Below, one piece after another: positions 9,535-17,528 of a DNA stretch of 61,928 nt (position 1 is its first letter; every line of letters starts with the position of its first letter). Under the pieces are notes generated by a model, which had not been told where the DNA came from, did no database searches, and saw nothing but the letters and a program-made list of their open reading frames with translations. This stretch comes from a virus (lineage: Duplodnaviria > Caudoviricetes), in the IMG/VR virus record IMGVR_UViG_3300018089_000002, positions 1-61,928 of that record. The stretch is one strand, 5' to 3'. Both the position numbers and the translations under genes were made by a program.

Positions 9535-10361
9535 TCGTCTTCGCACCTGGCCAGTGCCTCTCGCTGCTCATCCATGCCGGCAGCAAACAGGGCAAGTCCA
9601 CCCTCTCCAGCACGGCGCCCGCTCCGATCCTCGTGCTCGATGCTGAAGACTCGTGGCGCTTCATCCCCGTTCGCAAACGATTCTGGGATCCCGAGCAGGA
9701 AAAGATGCCGCCGCAGTATGACGGCACGTGGGATGTCTGTTTGGTCAAGGTGACGAAGTGGTCCACCGTCGAAACCACGTACAACCTTCTTCGGGCCTAT
9801 CCGAACGTCTTCACGTCGGTTGTGATAGACTCGATCACAGAAATCCAGCGTCGTTGCGCAGCGCACATGAAGTTGCCAGATGGAGTTGCTGACGGAACCG
9901 CAATCGTCAACATCAAACAAGCGTCAGCCATGCAGATGAAAATCCAAGAGTGGGGTACGCTGCTCGGTGTGATGGATGCCGTGATCCGTGGCTTCCGTGA
10001 CTTCACGATGCAGCCCAACTGCTCGATCCGGTGCGTCGTCTTCATCAGCGAGACGAAGCAACGCCCGTCTGACAACAAGTGGGTTCCGCACCTGCGTGGA
10101 CAACTCGGCGCATCGCTGCCGTACTTTGTTGACATCTGCGGCTACCTGTATCCTGTTGCGCTCAACGATGAGAACGGACAACCCACAATTTCCATCCGTC
10201 AACTGTGGATGGGTCCGAGTCCGTACTATGAAACAGGGTCGAGGGTGCTCCAGCAACTCGGCCACTACCAGAACATCACGCTGCCGACGAACGGAGGAGT
10301 CGGAACAGACATAACCAGGTGGATGCAGCACATCTTTAACGTCACTGAAGAAGGGAACTGA
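9531..10361 (+). CDS. AAA_24/Sak4-like recombination ATPase
   Basis: AGSKQGKST Walker A, LVLDAE, VVIDSITE; lies between Cas4-like and SSB genes. Confidence 0.8.
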   Translation: MIVFAPGQCLSLLIHAGSKQGKSTLSSTAPAPILVLDAEDSWRFIPVRKRFWDPEQEKMPPQYDGTWDVCLVKVTKWSTVETTYNLLRAYPNVFTSVVIDSITEIQRRCAAHMKLPDGVADGTAIVNIKQASAMQMKIQEWGTLLGVMDAVIRGFRDFTMQPNCSIRCVVFISETKQRPSDNKWVPHLRGQLGASLPYFVDICGYLYPVALNDENGQPTISIRQLWMGPSPYYETGSRVLQQLGHYQNITLPTNGGVGTDITRWMQHIFNVTEEGN

Positions 10362-10366
10362 AACTG

Positions 10367-11116
10367 ATGACTGACTTTGACTGGGGCGCGACCTACCAGC
10401 GCGCGCAGGCTTCCTCGTTCGAGCCTGCCCCCGCCGGCAACTACCTCGTTCGGATCCACAGCACCGAAGCAAAGTCTTCCAAGGAAGGCAAGCCGCAGAT
10501 TGAGGTGCATCTGAAGATCGCGGAAGGTCCGTACGAAGGCAAGAAGATCCGCGACTGGTGGACGCTCACCCTGGACAAGGAAGACGCGTTGGCTATGTTC
10601 TTTGCCAAGTGCGCCGCGTTCGGGATCGGCGCGGACTTCATCACGTCGCTTCCGCGCGGCACGATGGCTCCGCTCGCTCAGGCTCTCGTCGGCCGGATGG
10701 CACGCGCTGATCTCATCATCGACACCTACAACGACCGGAAGAACAACAAGATCAAGAGCGCGACTCCGGTCGACGGACAGCCTCCGGTCGTTCCGCTCGC
10801 GGGGGCGGCTCCGGGGTACGCTCCCGGCCCGGCCCCGGCTAGCGCTCCGCCGATGGGTCCGCCTCCCGGAGGCCCCTCTCCGGTCGCCAGCGCCCCGCCA
10901 GCGGCCTACCAGCCGCAGCCTGCTCCCATGGCACCCCCGGCCCCGGTCGGCGTGCCTGCGGGCGCTGTGGCACCTCCCGGCCCGGCCCAGGCTCCGCCGC
11001 CCATCCAGCCGGGGCAGGCCACCCAGTCCGCAGCGGCGTACGTCGCGAGCACGCCGAGTGGACAGCAGGAACCGCCTACGGATCCGACGAACTTGCAGCC
11101 GCAGCTTCCGTTCTGA
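10367..11116 (+). CDS. DUF669-like single-stranded DNA-binding protein with Pro-rich tail
   Basis: FEPAPAGNY..I, EGPYEGKKI, YNDRKNNKIK; C-terminal LPF. Confidence 0.75.
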   Translation: MTDFDWGATYQRAQASSFEPAPAGNYLVRIHSTEAKSSKEGKPQIEVHLKIAEGPYEGKKIRDWWTLTLDKEDALAMFFAKCAAFGIGADFITSLPRGTMAPLAQALVGRMARADLIIDTYNDRKNNKIKSATPVDGQPPVVPLAGAAPGYAPGPAPASAPPMGPPPGGPSPVASAPPAAYQPQPAPMAPPAPVGVPAGAVAPPGPAQAPPPIQPGQATQSAAAYVASTPSGQQEPPTDPTNLQPQLPF

Positions 11117-11126
11117 TCTACAACAG

Positions 11127-11157
11127 CGAAGGCCCCGGACATCGTCCGGGGCCTTCG
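11127..11157. terminator. bidirectional terminator
   Basis: CGAAGGCCCCGGAC-atc-GTCCGGGGCCTTCG between convergent genes. Confidence 0.8.
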
Positions 11158-11172
11158 TGTTGTCCGTGCTGT

Positions 11173-11337
11173 TCAGCTCCGACGCTTCCGGGATGCCATG
11201 AACGCTGCGAAGTTGGCCGCTGCGTCGTCCTGGCTCTGCACCGGAGCCTCCATCGCCTGCCGCAGCGCCTCTTCCTGCACCACGCCGAGCTGCGCCGGCC
11301 GGTAGGTCCCGTTCACGGTTGCCTCGGTGCTGAACAT
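11173..11337 (-). CDS. 54-aa hypothetical protein
   Basis: ATG after GGAGAG RBS, directly behind a cassette promoter. Confidence 0.7.
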   Translation of the reverse strand: MFSTEATVNGTYRPAQLGVVQEEALRQAMEAPVQSQDDAAANFAAFMASRKRRS

Positions 11338-11358
11338 CTTCGCTCTCCGTTCTTCCTG

Positions 11359-11406
11359 TTTCCTGCTGACAAGAAGAACACTACGCGCTTCGCGCTTCGT
11401 TGTCAA
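11359..11406 (-). promoter_or_regulatory. cassette promoter A
   Basis: TTGACA-N17-TAGTGT-TCTTCTTGTCAGCAGGAAA. Confidence 0.85.
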
Positions 11407-11423
11407 CTCTCGCGCAAAACAGT

Positions 11424-11453
11424 GAAAGCCGAGACTGTGAAGTCTCGGCTTTC
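11424..11453. terminator. stem-loop terminator
   Basis: GAAAGCCGAGACT-gtga-AGTCTCGGCTTTC, perfect 13-bp stem. Confidence 0.8.
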
Positions 11454-11465
11454 GTGCTGTCTGCG

Positions 11466-11639
11466 TCAGTGCAGTGCGCACATCTGGCAGATGCCGATCT
11501 CCGTCTCATAGATCTCTCGGTTACCCGCACGATCACGGACGGGCTCGTAGCGCAGGATGACCAACTGGTCTGCGCAGTCGTCGCACACGTGGAGCGTCTC
11601 TCCGTCGTTCACCTTGTCAAAGTAGATGTGCAGGTCCAC
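11466..11639 (-). CDS. 57-aa zinc-ribbon microprotein (not in ORF track)
   Basis: MDLHIYFDK..CDDC..CQMCALH; GTG after AAGGGAG RBS; own promoter and terminator. Confidence 0.7.
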   Translation of the reverse strand: MDLHIYFDKVNDGETLHVCDDCADQLVILRYEPVRDRAGNREIYETEIGICQMCALH

Positions 11640-11659
11640 GCTCGGCTCCCTTGTTCCTT

Positions 11660-11709
11660 GTTCCTCGCTGACAAGTGAAACTTTAGCACAAAATACGAAA
11701 CCGCGTCAA
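11660..11709 (-). promoter_or_regulatory. cassette promoter B
   Basis: TTGACG-N18-TAAAGT-TTCACTTGTCAGCGAGGAA. Confidence 0.8.
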
Positions 11710-11743
11710 CTGAAGAGTTGACGCGGTTCCGCTGAGCTGTGGC

Positions 11744-12019
11744 TTATTCGTCCAGTGCTGCCGGCATTGGCTTGCCTTCGAGGTTCTGATACGGACGCAC
11801 AGCGTGCAACGGACAGTCCACTTCGCAGTTGCCGATCTGCCAACGCCAACCAGGATCGGCACCTCTTCCGCAACAGTCAAAACACTTCGCTGACACCGCA
11901 AGACGAAGACTCTTCGGATTCTCGGCAAGCTTCTCGATCGGGTCCTTACGCTGCCCTCCGGCTGCCAGCCACGCCTCGTAACCGGCCCGTAACCGGTTGC
12001 TACTGTCCTCGTTCTCCAT
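11744..12019 (-). CDS. small Cys-motif phage protein
   Basis: AKCFDCCG...NCEVDCPLHAVRPY; ATG after GAGAGG. Confidence 0.7.
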   Translation of the reverse strand: MENEDSSNRLRAGYEAWLAAGGQRKDPIEKLAENPKSLRLAVSAKCFDCCGRGADPGWRWQIGNCEVDCPLHAVRPYQNLEGKPMPAALDE

Positions 12020-12133
12020 GATCTGCCTCTCTGCCTTGCCGTACGCCCTGTAGAGCCTGTGGACCACGCTACCCGGCCTAGGAGACCAGGCAACCCCATT
12101 GCCTCCCGCCACCTTGCCCTGCGCCCGGACAAA

Positions 12134-12169
12134 CGAGGAGCAGGGCCCCTTCCGGGGCCCTGCTCCTCG
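12134..12169. terminator. stem-loop terminator
   Basis: CGAGGAGCAGGGCCCC-ttcc-GGGGCCCTGCTCCTCG. Confidence 0.75.
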
Positions 12170-12191
12170 TCCTCGGGGACTCCGAAGATCA

Positions 12192-12725
12192 CTACCCGCC
12201 GACGAAGGTCGGGGGCTCAACCGGCAGCAGCTCCGGGCCGGCCGGGGCCTCGGAAGCGCCGTTCGCGGACGCCTCGCTGTTCACCGAACCGGAACCGCGC
12301 CGACCGCGCTTCTGCGCGGGCTTCGCCATCACGGTGACGTTCAGCGTGACGGGGTTGCCGTCCTTGTCAGTCGTCGAGACCTGCCCGTTGTAGCGGTAGA
12401 AGGGCACAGCTGCCTTCTCCGGGTGGATCAGATCGGTGTGCTTGGTCAGATGCTCGATCACGGCGCCGAGCAATTCCCTGCTCTGCTCGAGGTCGTATCG
12501 CGCGGTGCGCTCGGCCTGGCCGCGCTCCGCACGCCGCTTCGCGCGCTCGTCCTTGTTGAACTCCGCGATCTGCTTGACGAGCGCCGCGCGCGCTGCCAGG
12601 TCCATCGACGCGATGTCAACCGGACCGCTCGGCAGAGCCGGCGCCTCGGTGACCTCGGTTGCGCCGTCCATCGTCTGCACGACGTCCTGCACGTCGCCCG
12701 GGGTCTCGAACTGGATGTCAGTCAT
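12192..12725 (-). CDS. hypothetical protein
   Basis: ATG after GGAAGGA; upstream TTGACA-N16-TACGGT. Confidence 0.75.
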   Translation of the reverse strand: MTDIQFETPGDVQDVVQTMDGATEVTEAPALPSGPVDIASMDLAARAALVKQIAEFNKDERAKRRAERGQAERTARYDLEQSRELLGAVIEHLTKHTDLIHPEKAAVPFYRYNGQVSTTDKDGNPVTLNVTVMAKPAQKRGRRGSGSVNSEASANGASEAPAGPELLPVEPPTFVGG

Positions 12726-13001
12726 GATGTGTCCTTCCCTTGTCTGGGATCCGTGTCCCGTTGTCTGTTGTCGTCGTTCATCGACTAGTAGAACCGTAGC
12801 ACGTCTCTCGTCTGTGTCAAACTCCGAATCGGACAAATCTTAGACTTGTTCGATCGAGGCTCGCGCACGTACATGCGATGCACGTGTGCGTGAGTCTCGG
12901 GAATAGCGTAGACACGAGAAGTGTTGCGGATGCTCTCTCATGCGTGGTACGGTAGGACCAGATCGAACGATGATGACGGAAGCAAGACGAAAGGAAGACC
13001 G

Positions 13002-13340
13002 ATGCAGGTCGATCGCATCCCGACTGATGACCAGATGCGCATGCTCGTCGCACTGCTGGACACCGCGCACTTCTGCGGCAAGGACACGCGCGGCTACACC
13101 GTGTCCAACGGATCCACTATTCAGTTGCACGTGTACGACGCGCCGGAGTTCGACACCCCGCTGGTGAGCGAGAAGTTTGCGCAGGACTTCCTCTGTTCCT
13201 TCGGCGCAAGCCCCGATGCGATCGTTCGCCACGACATCGTGTCGAAGGAAGATGGCCATCGGACCACCTGTCTGACGGCTCCGATCACCTACATCGGCCG
13301 AGACTTCATGGTCACGCTCTTCGTCACTCCGAAGGACTGA
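13002..13340 (+). CDS. hypothetical protein
   Basis: ATG after GAAAGGAAG; divergent promoter with TACGGT -10. Confidence 0.7.
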   Translation: MQVDRIPTDDQMRMLVALLDTAHFCGKDTRGYTVSNGSTIQLHVYDAPEFDTPLVSEKFAQDFLCSFGASPDAIVRHDIVSKEDGHRTTCLTAPITYIGRDFMVTLFVTPKD

Positions 13341-13430
13341 TCCCACAAGCCGGCGCGCCTGTCCATGACGAGTCCAGCTCTGGGCAGGCGCGCCTCACCA
13401 AGACATGACTACGGAAGAAAGAAGACGACG

Positions 13431-13598
13431 ATGACTGAGCGATACGCCTGTCTGCTCTGTGGGCAATACCACGACGCGACGCGCGAGTGTGAGCGATGCC
13501 GTGTGTGCGGCAACCTGGTCCTGATGATCATTCAGCGCGGTACCGGGTTGTGCTGTGGCAACTGCCAGAAGATCGACAAAGGGACGTTGATGCGATGA
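13431..13598 (+). CDS. Cys-rich zinc-finger microprotein
   Basis: CLLC, CERCRVC, CCGNC. Confidence 0.6.
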   Translation: MTERYACLLCGQYHDATRECERCRVCGNLVLMIIQRGTGLCCGNCQKIDKGTLMR

Positions 13599-13693
13599 AC
13601 GAACCGCAGAGCAACTGGTACTGCATCGCTTGTCATAGATACTGCGACGGAAGTAGCAAGTGCAAGCACTGCACTACTGAACACACGCACTAG
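13595..13693 (+). CDS. 32-aa Cys-rich microprotein
   Basis: CIACHRYC..CKHC; ATGA overlap. Confidence 0.5.
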   Translation: MNEPQSNWYCIACHRYCDGSSKCKHCTTEHTH

Positions 13694-13747
13694 ACGCAAC
13701 GAACGGCGAACCTCTCGCAGAAACTTTGAGCGGTTCGCCGTTCTGCG

Positions 13748-13792
13748 TTGACAACGAAGATGAACGAGAGTAGAGTTTCACTCATCAGGAAA
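13748..13792 (+). promoter_or_regulatory. cassette promoter C
   Basis: TTGACA-N17-TAGAGT-TTCACTCATCAGGAAA; upstream hairpin 13701-13743. Confidence 0.85.
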
Positions 13793-13813
13793 ACGGAAGC
13801 AGGGAGAACGAAG

Positions 13814-14161
13814 ATGCAGACCAACGGCCAGCCCGCCAGCACCGAGGTTCACTGCCCGCGCTGCGGCCGGATCCTGAAGTCCGAGAAGTCCATCAAGCGC
13901 GGGGCCGGCGAGATCTGCCTTCGCAAGATGCGCGAAGCCGAGGCTGCAATCAAGCTGAACGCCAAGCCCGAGCAGATCGCGAAGGCTTACGAGGTCATCG
14001 AGCTTCACGCCTTCGACCGCACCGCGCAGGGTCGGTACGACATCATCAGCGGCGACGCCACGGAGCTGTACGACACCACCAAGGACACCTGCACCTGCAA
14101 GGCGGGGCAGTACTCGAAGCTCTGCTACCACCGACTCGTCGTTGCGATGCTGTCGGCGTGA
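13814..14161 (+). CDS. DUF6011-like plus SWIM zinc-finger protein
   Basis: CPRCGRILKSEKS..RGAGEIC and CTC..CYH. Confidence 0.75.
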   Translation: MQTNGQPASTEVHCPRCGRILKSEKSIKRGAGEICLRKMREAEAAIKLNAKPEQIAKAYEVIELHAFDRTAQGRYDIISGDATELYDTTKDTCTCKAGQYSKLCYHRLVVAMLSA

Positions 14162-14199
14162 AAGTTCTGCAAAACACACGAAGTCGCTACGTCCTTAGC

Positions 14200-14246
14200 T
14201 TGACAACTTTGGACGTAGCGACTAGTGTTGTCTTTATCAGCAGGAA
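14200..14246 (+). promoter_or_regulatory. cassette promoter D
   Basis: TTGACA-N17-TAGTGT-TGTCTTTATCAGCAGGAA. Confidence 0.85.
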
Positions 14247-14268
14247 CAAGGAACAAGGAGAAACCGAG

Positions 14269-14472
14269 ATGACCGACAACGACACTCCCCGCGAGATCGA
14301 CATGGTTGCAGTGGCCGATGTTGTCTTCGGCAAGGTCATCGTAGACTGCCCCGACTGCAACATCCCGATCTACGTCTCGAATGAGCCGCGCGGCATCTGG
14401 ATGGCTTGCGACTGTGAGGCAAGCTACGTCGACGCCGAAGCAATCTACGCGATCATCACCAAGCAGAACTGA
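14269..14472 (+). CDS. 67-aa zinc-binding microprotein (paralog of 15402-15605)
   Basis: VADVVFGKVIVDCPDC..W..CDC; AAGGAG RBS. Confidence 0.75.
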   Translation: MTDNDTPREIDMVAVADVVFGKVIVDCPDCNIPIYVSNEPRGIWMACDCEASYVDAEAIYAIITKQN

Positions 14473-14539
14473 AAGCCGCCGGCAGGGAGCCTAGTGCCAA
14501 GCCGCTAGGCTTCCTGTCGTCTTGACTAAGGAACTAGAG

Positions 14540-14836
14540 ATGACGACGATCCCGCACTACTGCGGTCCTTTGTACCTCGATGGACGACCGCAATGCACGC
14601 GTGCACGCGCGCTGTACGAATTGCAGCGCATGCGTGAAGATTACCGAGTCACTGTAGAGAGCCTAGAGATCGTGTGTGATCCGATCAACGCACGAAACCT
14701 GCGCTCATGGCTGGTCGCTGCAAGAGAGCAGTATGCCAAGACTGCCATGGTGTTTGTTACGCATCCGCCGGCTTGCACGCATGCGGATTCTGATAAGCGT
14801 GCCATTACCTCTGTACGAGACCTCTGGGTACGGTGA
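14540..14836 (+). CDS. hypothetical protein
   Basis: ATG after AAGGA. Confidence 0.6.
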   Translation: MTTIPHYCGPLYLDGRPQCTRARALYELQRMREDYRVTVESLEIVCDPINARNLRSWLVAAREQYAKTAMVFVTHPPACTHADSDKRAITSVRDLWVR

Positions 14837-14839
14837 GTC

Positions 14840-15358
14840 ATGAACGCCAACACGAAGATGTTGCTTGATCTCCTGTTTAGTGCGAAGCCTGATGAGGTTG
14901 AGCAACTACTCGAACTGTGCGACGAGGAGACGAAACGGCTCTACACCGAGATCAGTGCGCGTGCTCACGTTTCGCAGATGCTCGAAGACTTGCAAGCCGT
15001 GTGTAAGCAGCTGCACGAGATCGAGGTGGCCGAGCATCCTGATATCACGGACCGATGGGGGCGCACCTGGACGTGGTGGGAAGGTGACCTGTACAAGCAC
15101 GACGACACGTTGTGCTTCCCTCTTCACTTCATCACCAGCACAGAGCATCCTGTAGGTCTTCCAAGTGCAAAGCTCGCGGACAACCCCGGCTACGTAGATC
15201 TGTGTTCTACATGCACACAGCAGTGGCCTGTGGCGGCTCGCGAACGACTCGCAAGTCTTATCCCAGCGAGCGCAGCCGCGAATGAAGGCAACTGGGCTCT
15301 GTATTTCGACATCGTCAACGGTATCGAACGAGTTGACGAGTCTAAAGCAAGGGAGTAG
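14840..15358 (+). CDS. hypothetical protein
   Basis: 172-aa ORF in operon; DRWGRTWTW motif. Confidence 0.7.
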   Translation: MNANTKMLLDLLFSAKPDEVEQLLELCDEETKRLYTEISARAHVSQMLEDLQAVCKQLHEIEVAEHPDITDRWGRTWTWWEGDLYKHDDTLCFPLHFITSTEHPVGLPSAKLADNPGYVDLCSTCTQQWPVAARERLASLIPASAAANEGNWALYFDIVNGIERVDESKARE

Positions 15359-15380
15359 AGTTCTTCTTGTCAGCAAGGAA
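15333..15380 (+). promoter_or_regulatory. cassette promoter E
   Basis: TTGACG-N17-TAGAGT-TCTTCTTGTCAGCAAGGAA. Confidence 0.85.
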
Positions 15381-15401
15381 CACGGAATAAGGGAGCACGA
15401 A

Positions 15402-15605
15402 ATGTCGATCACGATCCCGCGTAAGACGGAGAACGTCAAGGTTGCCGACATCGTCTCCGGGCGCGTGCTGGCCGACTGCGCGGACTGTGGATCCGCGTTC
15501 TGGGGGATTCACGACAAGAATGGCACTTGGCTCGAATGCCTGTGTGACTCGGGTTACACCACCAAGAACGTGATCCGCGCGGTTCTGGTCGCCGAGAACG
15601 ACTGA
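15402..15605 (+). CDS. 67-aa zinc-binding microprotein (paralog of 14269-14472)
   Basis: VADIVSGRVLADCADC..W..CLC; AAGGGAG RBS. Confidence 0.75.
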   Translation: MSITIPRKTENVKVADIVSGRVLADCADCGSAFWGIHDKNGTWLECLCDSGYTTKNVIRAVLVAEND

Positions 15606-15607
15606 CC

Positions 15608-15658
15608 ACCAAACAGCGAGAGGCCCCGGACGCTGTCCGGGGCCTCTCGCTGTTTGGT
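15608..15658. terminator. bidirectional terminator ending the late operon
   Basis: perfect 24-bp stem ACCAAACAGCGAGAGGCCCCGGAC-gct-complement. Confidence 0.85.
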
Positions 15659-15668
15659 TGTCGACGGA

Positions 15669-16631
15669 TCAGGAATCCGCTGCCGCGATCATCGCGCGGA
15701 TGTCCGCCGCGAGTTTCTGCCACTGGTGCGACATGTGGTGCTCTGTGGCGAAGGCCTGCGCCTCTGGGCTCTGCACGAGCGTCAGCGCGGCCTGAAGAAA
15801 CGCACTCGGCGTAGGAGGCGTAGGAGGCACCGGAGGAGTTGGCGGAGTCGGCGGAGCTGGAAACGGGTTCGGATCGCCCGTCAGGTCATGGAAGTCCAGT
15901 CCGAGGCTCGCAAGGTCCAGTCCCTCAGGGCTCTTCCCCTGCGCGTTCAGCCATTCCGGCAGGATCGGGCACCAGGCTTCCTCGACGTATTTCAGCCAGA
16001 AGGCCTCGGTCATCGTGATTACCCTGGCCCAGGTCACCAGGTCAAACGTGCCGGCATCCTGGTCGTAACCCCCGACGAAGACTGCGTGTCCGCCTTCGAT
16101 GCCTCCGTCGTCCGGGACGATGGACCAGCCCTCACCATCGTTGAATTGAGTCATCGCGCTGGCAGGGAAGTTCAGCCCGACGCTGAGCCCGCCGAACAGA
16201 TCGATCGCGGCGCGCACCAGGTCCAGGGACTGCACGGAGCTCAGTTCGGCGTAGGCCAGAGACTTGTATCCGAGCACACCTGTTTTGCGCCAGTACGCCT
16301 GCATCGCCTGCATGTCGGTGCCCTGGTCGCTGTTCGGATCGGCTGGGTTGTAGCCGGCGACCGCTTCGTACAGCCGGATCGCGTCCTGATCGGTCGGCAC
16401 GACCGAGAGCCCGCGACCGCTGTATGCGCTGCTCTGCGTCCGGTGCAGAACTTCCGCCTCGACGCAGTCTCCGAGCCGATCGTTGCCCAGCATGCCGTAG
16501 GACAGACTGCCCATCCAAGAACGCTTGCGCGGAGGCGTGGGCAGCGCTCGGAGCGCGAGGTAGTCCTCGAGCACCAGCCGAGCCCTGGACCGGTCCGGCG
16601 CGAGCCGGCCGGGGCGAAAGATGATGGTCAC
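15669..16631 (-). CDS. papain-like (C1-type) cysteine peptidase, lysis region
   Basis: GNDRLGDCVEA (Cys) and GGHAVFVGGYD (His); PPT linker. Confidence 0.75.
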   Translation of the reverse strand: MTIIFRPGRLAPDRSRARLVLEDYLALRALPTPPRKRSWMGSLSYGMLGNDRLGDCVEAEVLHRTQSSAYSGRGLSVVPTDQDAIRLYEAVAGYNPADPNSDQGTDMQAMQAYWRKTGVLGYKSLAYAELSSVQSLDLVRAAIDLFGGLSVGLNFPASAMTQFNDGEGWSIVPDDGGIEGGHAVFVGGYDQDAGTFDLVTWARVITMTEAFWLKYVEEAWCPILPEWLNAQGKSPEGLDLASLGLDFHDLTGDPNPFPAPPTPPTPPVPPTPPTPSAFLQAALTLVQSPEAQAFATEHHMSHQWQKLAADIRAMIAAADS

Positions 16632-16873
16632 GGAATCTGAGTCGCCTTTCCATTCTTGAGTCCGAGCTGATAGCCAGCGGCGTGCTGCTTGTCACCGTGG
16701 TCCCTCACGGCGGTATGCACGACGGCCGGCGTGAGGAAGATGCCGAGAATGGCCACGAGTACGTCAACCACGACGCGCGTCGTTCCGGTCAGGTGCGGCT
16801 GTGCCGCCGTGACGATGGTGAACACGATGCCGAGACCTGCGGTCACCAGCGCCGGGAGCTTCGGAGCAGTCAT
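16628..16873 (-). CDS. putative holin
   Basis: 81 aa, two hydrophobic helices, inside lysis cassette. Confidence 0.65.
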   Translation of the reverse strand: MTAPKLPALVTAGLGIVFTIVTAAQPHLTGTTRVVVDVLVAILGIFLTPAVVHTAVRDHGDKQHAAGYQLGLKNGKATQIP

Positions 16874-17499
16874 TACGGGCTCACGACCGTGCACGGGAGC
16901 AGACACATCGGATCGGTCCACAGAGCCGCACACGTCCTGTGGTAGCCGTCTGCGAGCAGCGCATGATGCTTGTTACCGTCCCCGCGCACGAGAAGGATCG
17001 GTGGCATCTTCTCGCCTGCCTCCATCCGCTTGATGTGATCAGCCACCTCGTAATCGTCTTCGGGCAGCCTGTCCACCTTGCAGGCGCGCAAGATATCGCA
17101 TGGCTTGAAGTGCTCGATCTGCGTCTGGTCCTTGAGCTCGTCCGCGAGATCCTGCGCTTCGTCAGGATCCATCTGGAGACTCAAGAACAGTTGCGCGTCA
17201 ACGAAGTTCTGCGGATCCGATTCGTGCGTCCAGTCAGGATGCATGCACATCGGCTGGTTGCCGTTGTTCAGGATCGACAGCGGATAACGACCTTTCGTCT
17301 TTTGACGCGCCTTACCGCCTTTCTTCGCCTTACCGCGCTGCTTCTTGGTTCCCTTCGGCGCTTTCTCTTCGCTCTCGTCCGTGTCATCTTCCTCGTCCGG
17401 CTCTTCGTCCGGCTCCTCGTCTTCGTCCTCGTCCGGTTCTTCGACCAGACCAGGTACGCCGAGACGCTTCTCTTCGTCTTCGTCGTTGCTCTTGCCCAT
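16873..17499 (-). CDS. ParB/Srx-like domain protein with acidic/basic N-terminal tail
   Basis: PPILLV...LLADGYHR motif; DE-rich then K-rich N-terminus. Confidence 0.7.
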   Translation of the reverse strand: MGKSNDEDEEKRLGVPGLVEEPDEDEDEEPDEEPDEEDDTDESEEKAPKGTKKQRGKAKKGGKARQKTKGRYPLSILNNGNQPMCMHPDWTHESDPQNFVDAQLFLSLQMDPDEAQDLADELKDQTQIEHFKPCDILRACKVDRLPEDDYEVADHIKRMEAGEKMPPILLVRGDGNKHHALLADGYHRTCAALWTDPMCLLPCTVVSP

Positions 17500-17528
17500 A
17501 GTGGTAACCTCCTACTCTGTTCGGTGAA

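Noticed and set aside
15805-15857. GGAGGCGTA-like tandem repeat
   Set aside because: Encodes the PPT linker of the peptidase; no separate function needed
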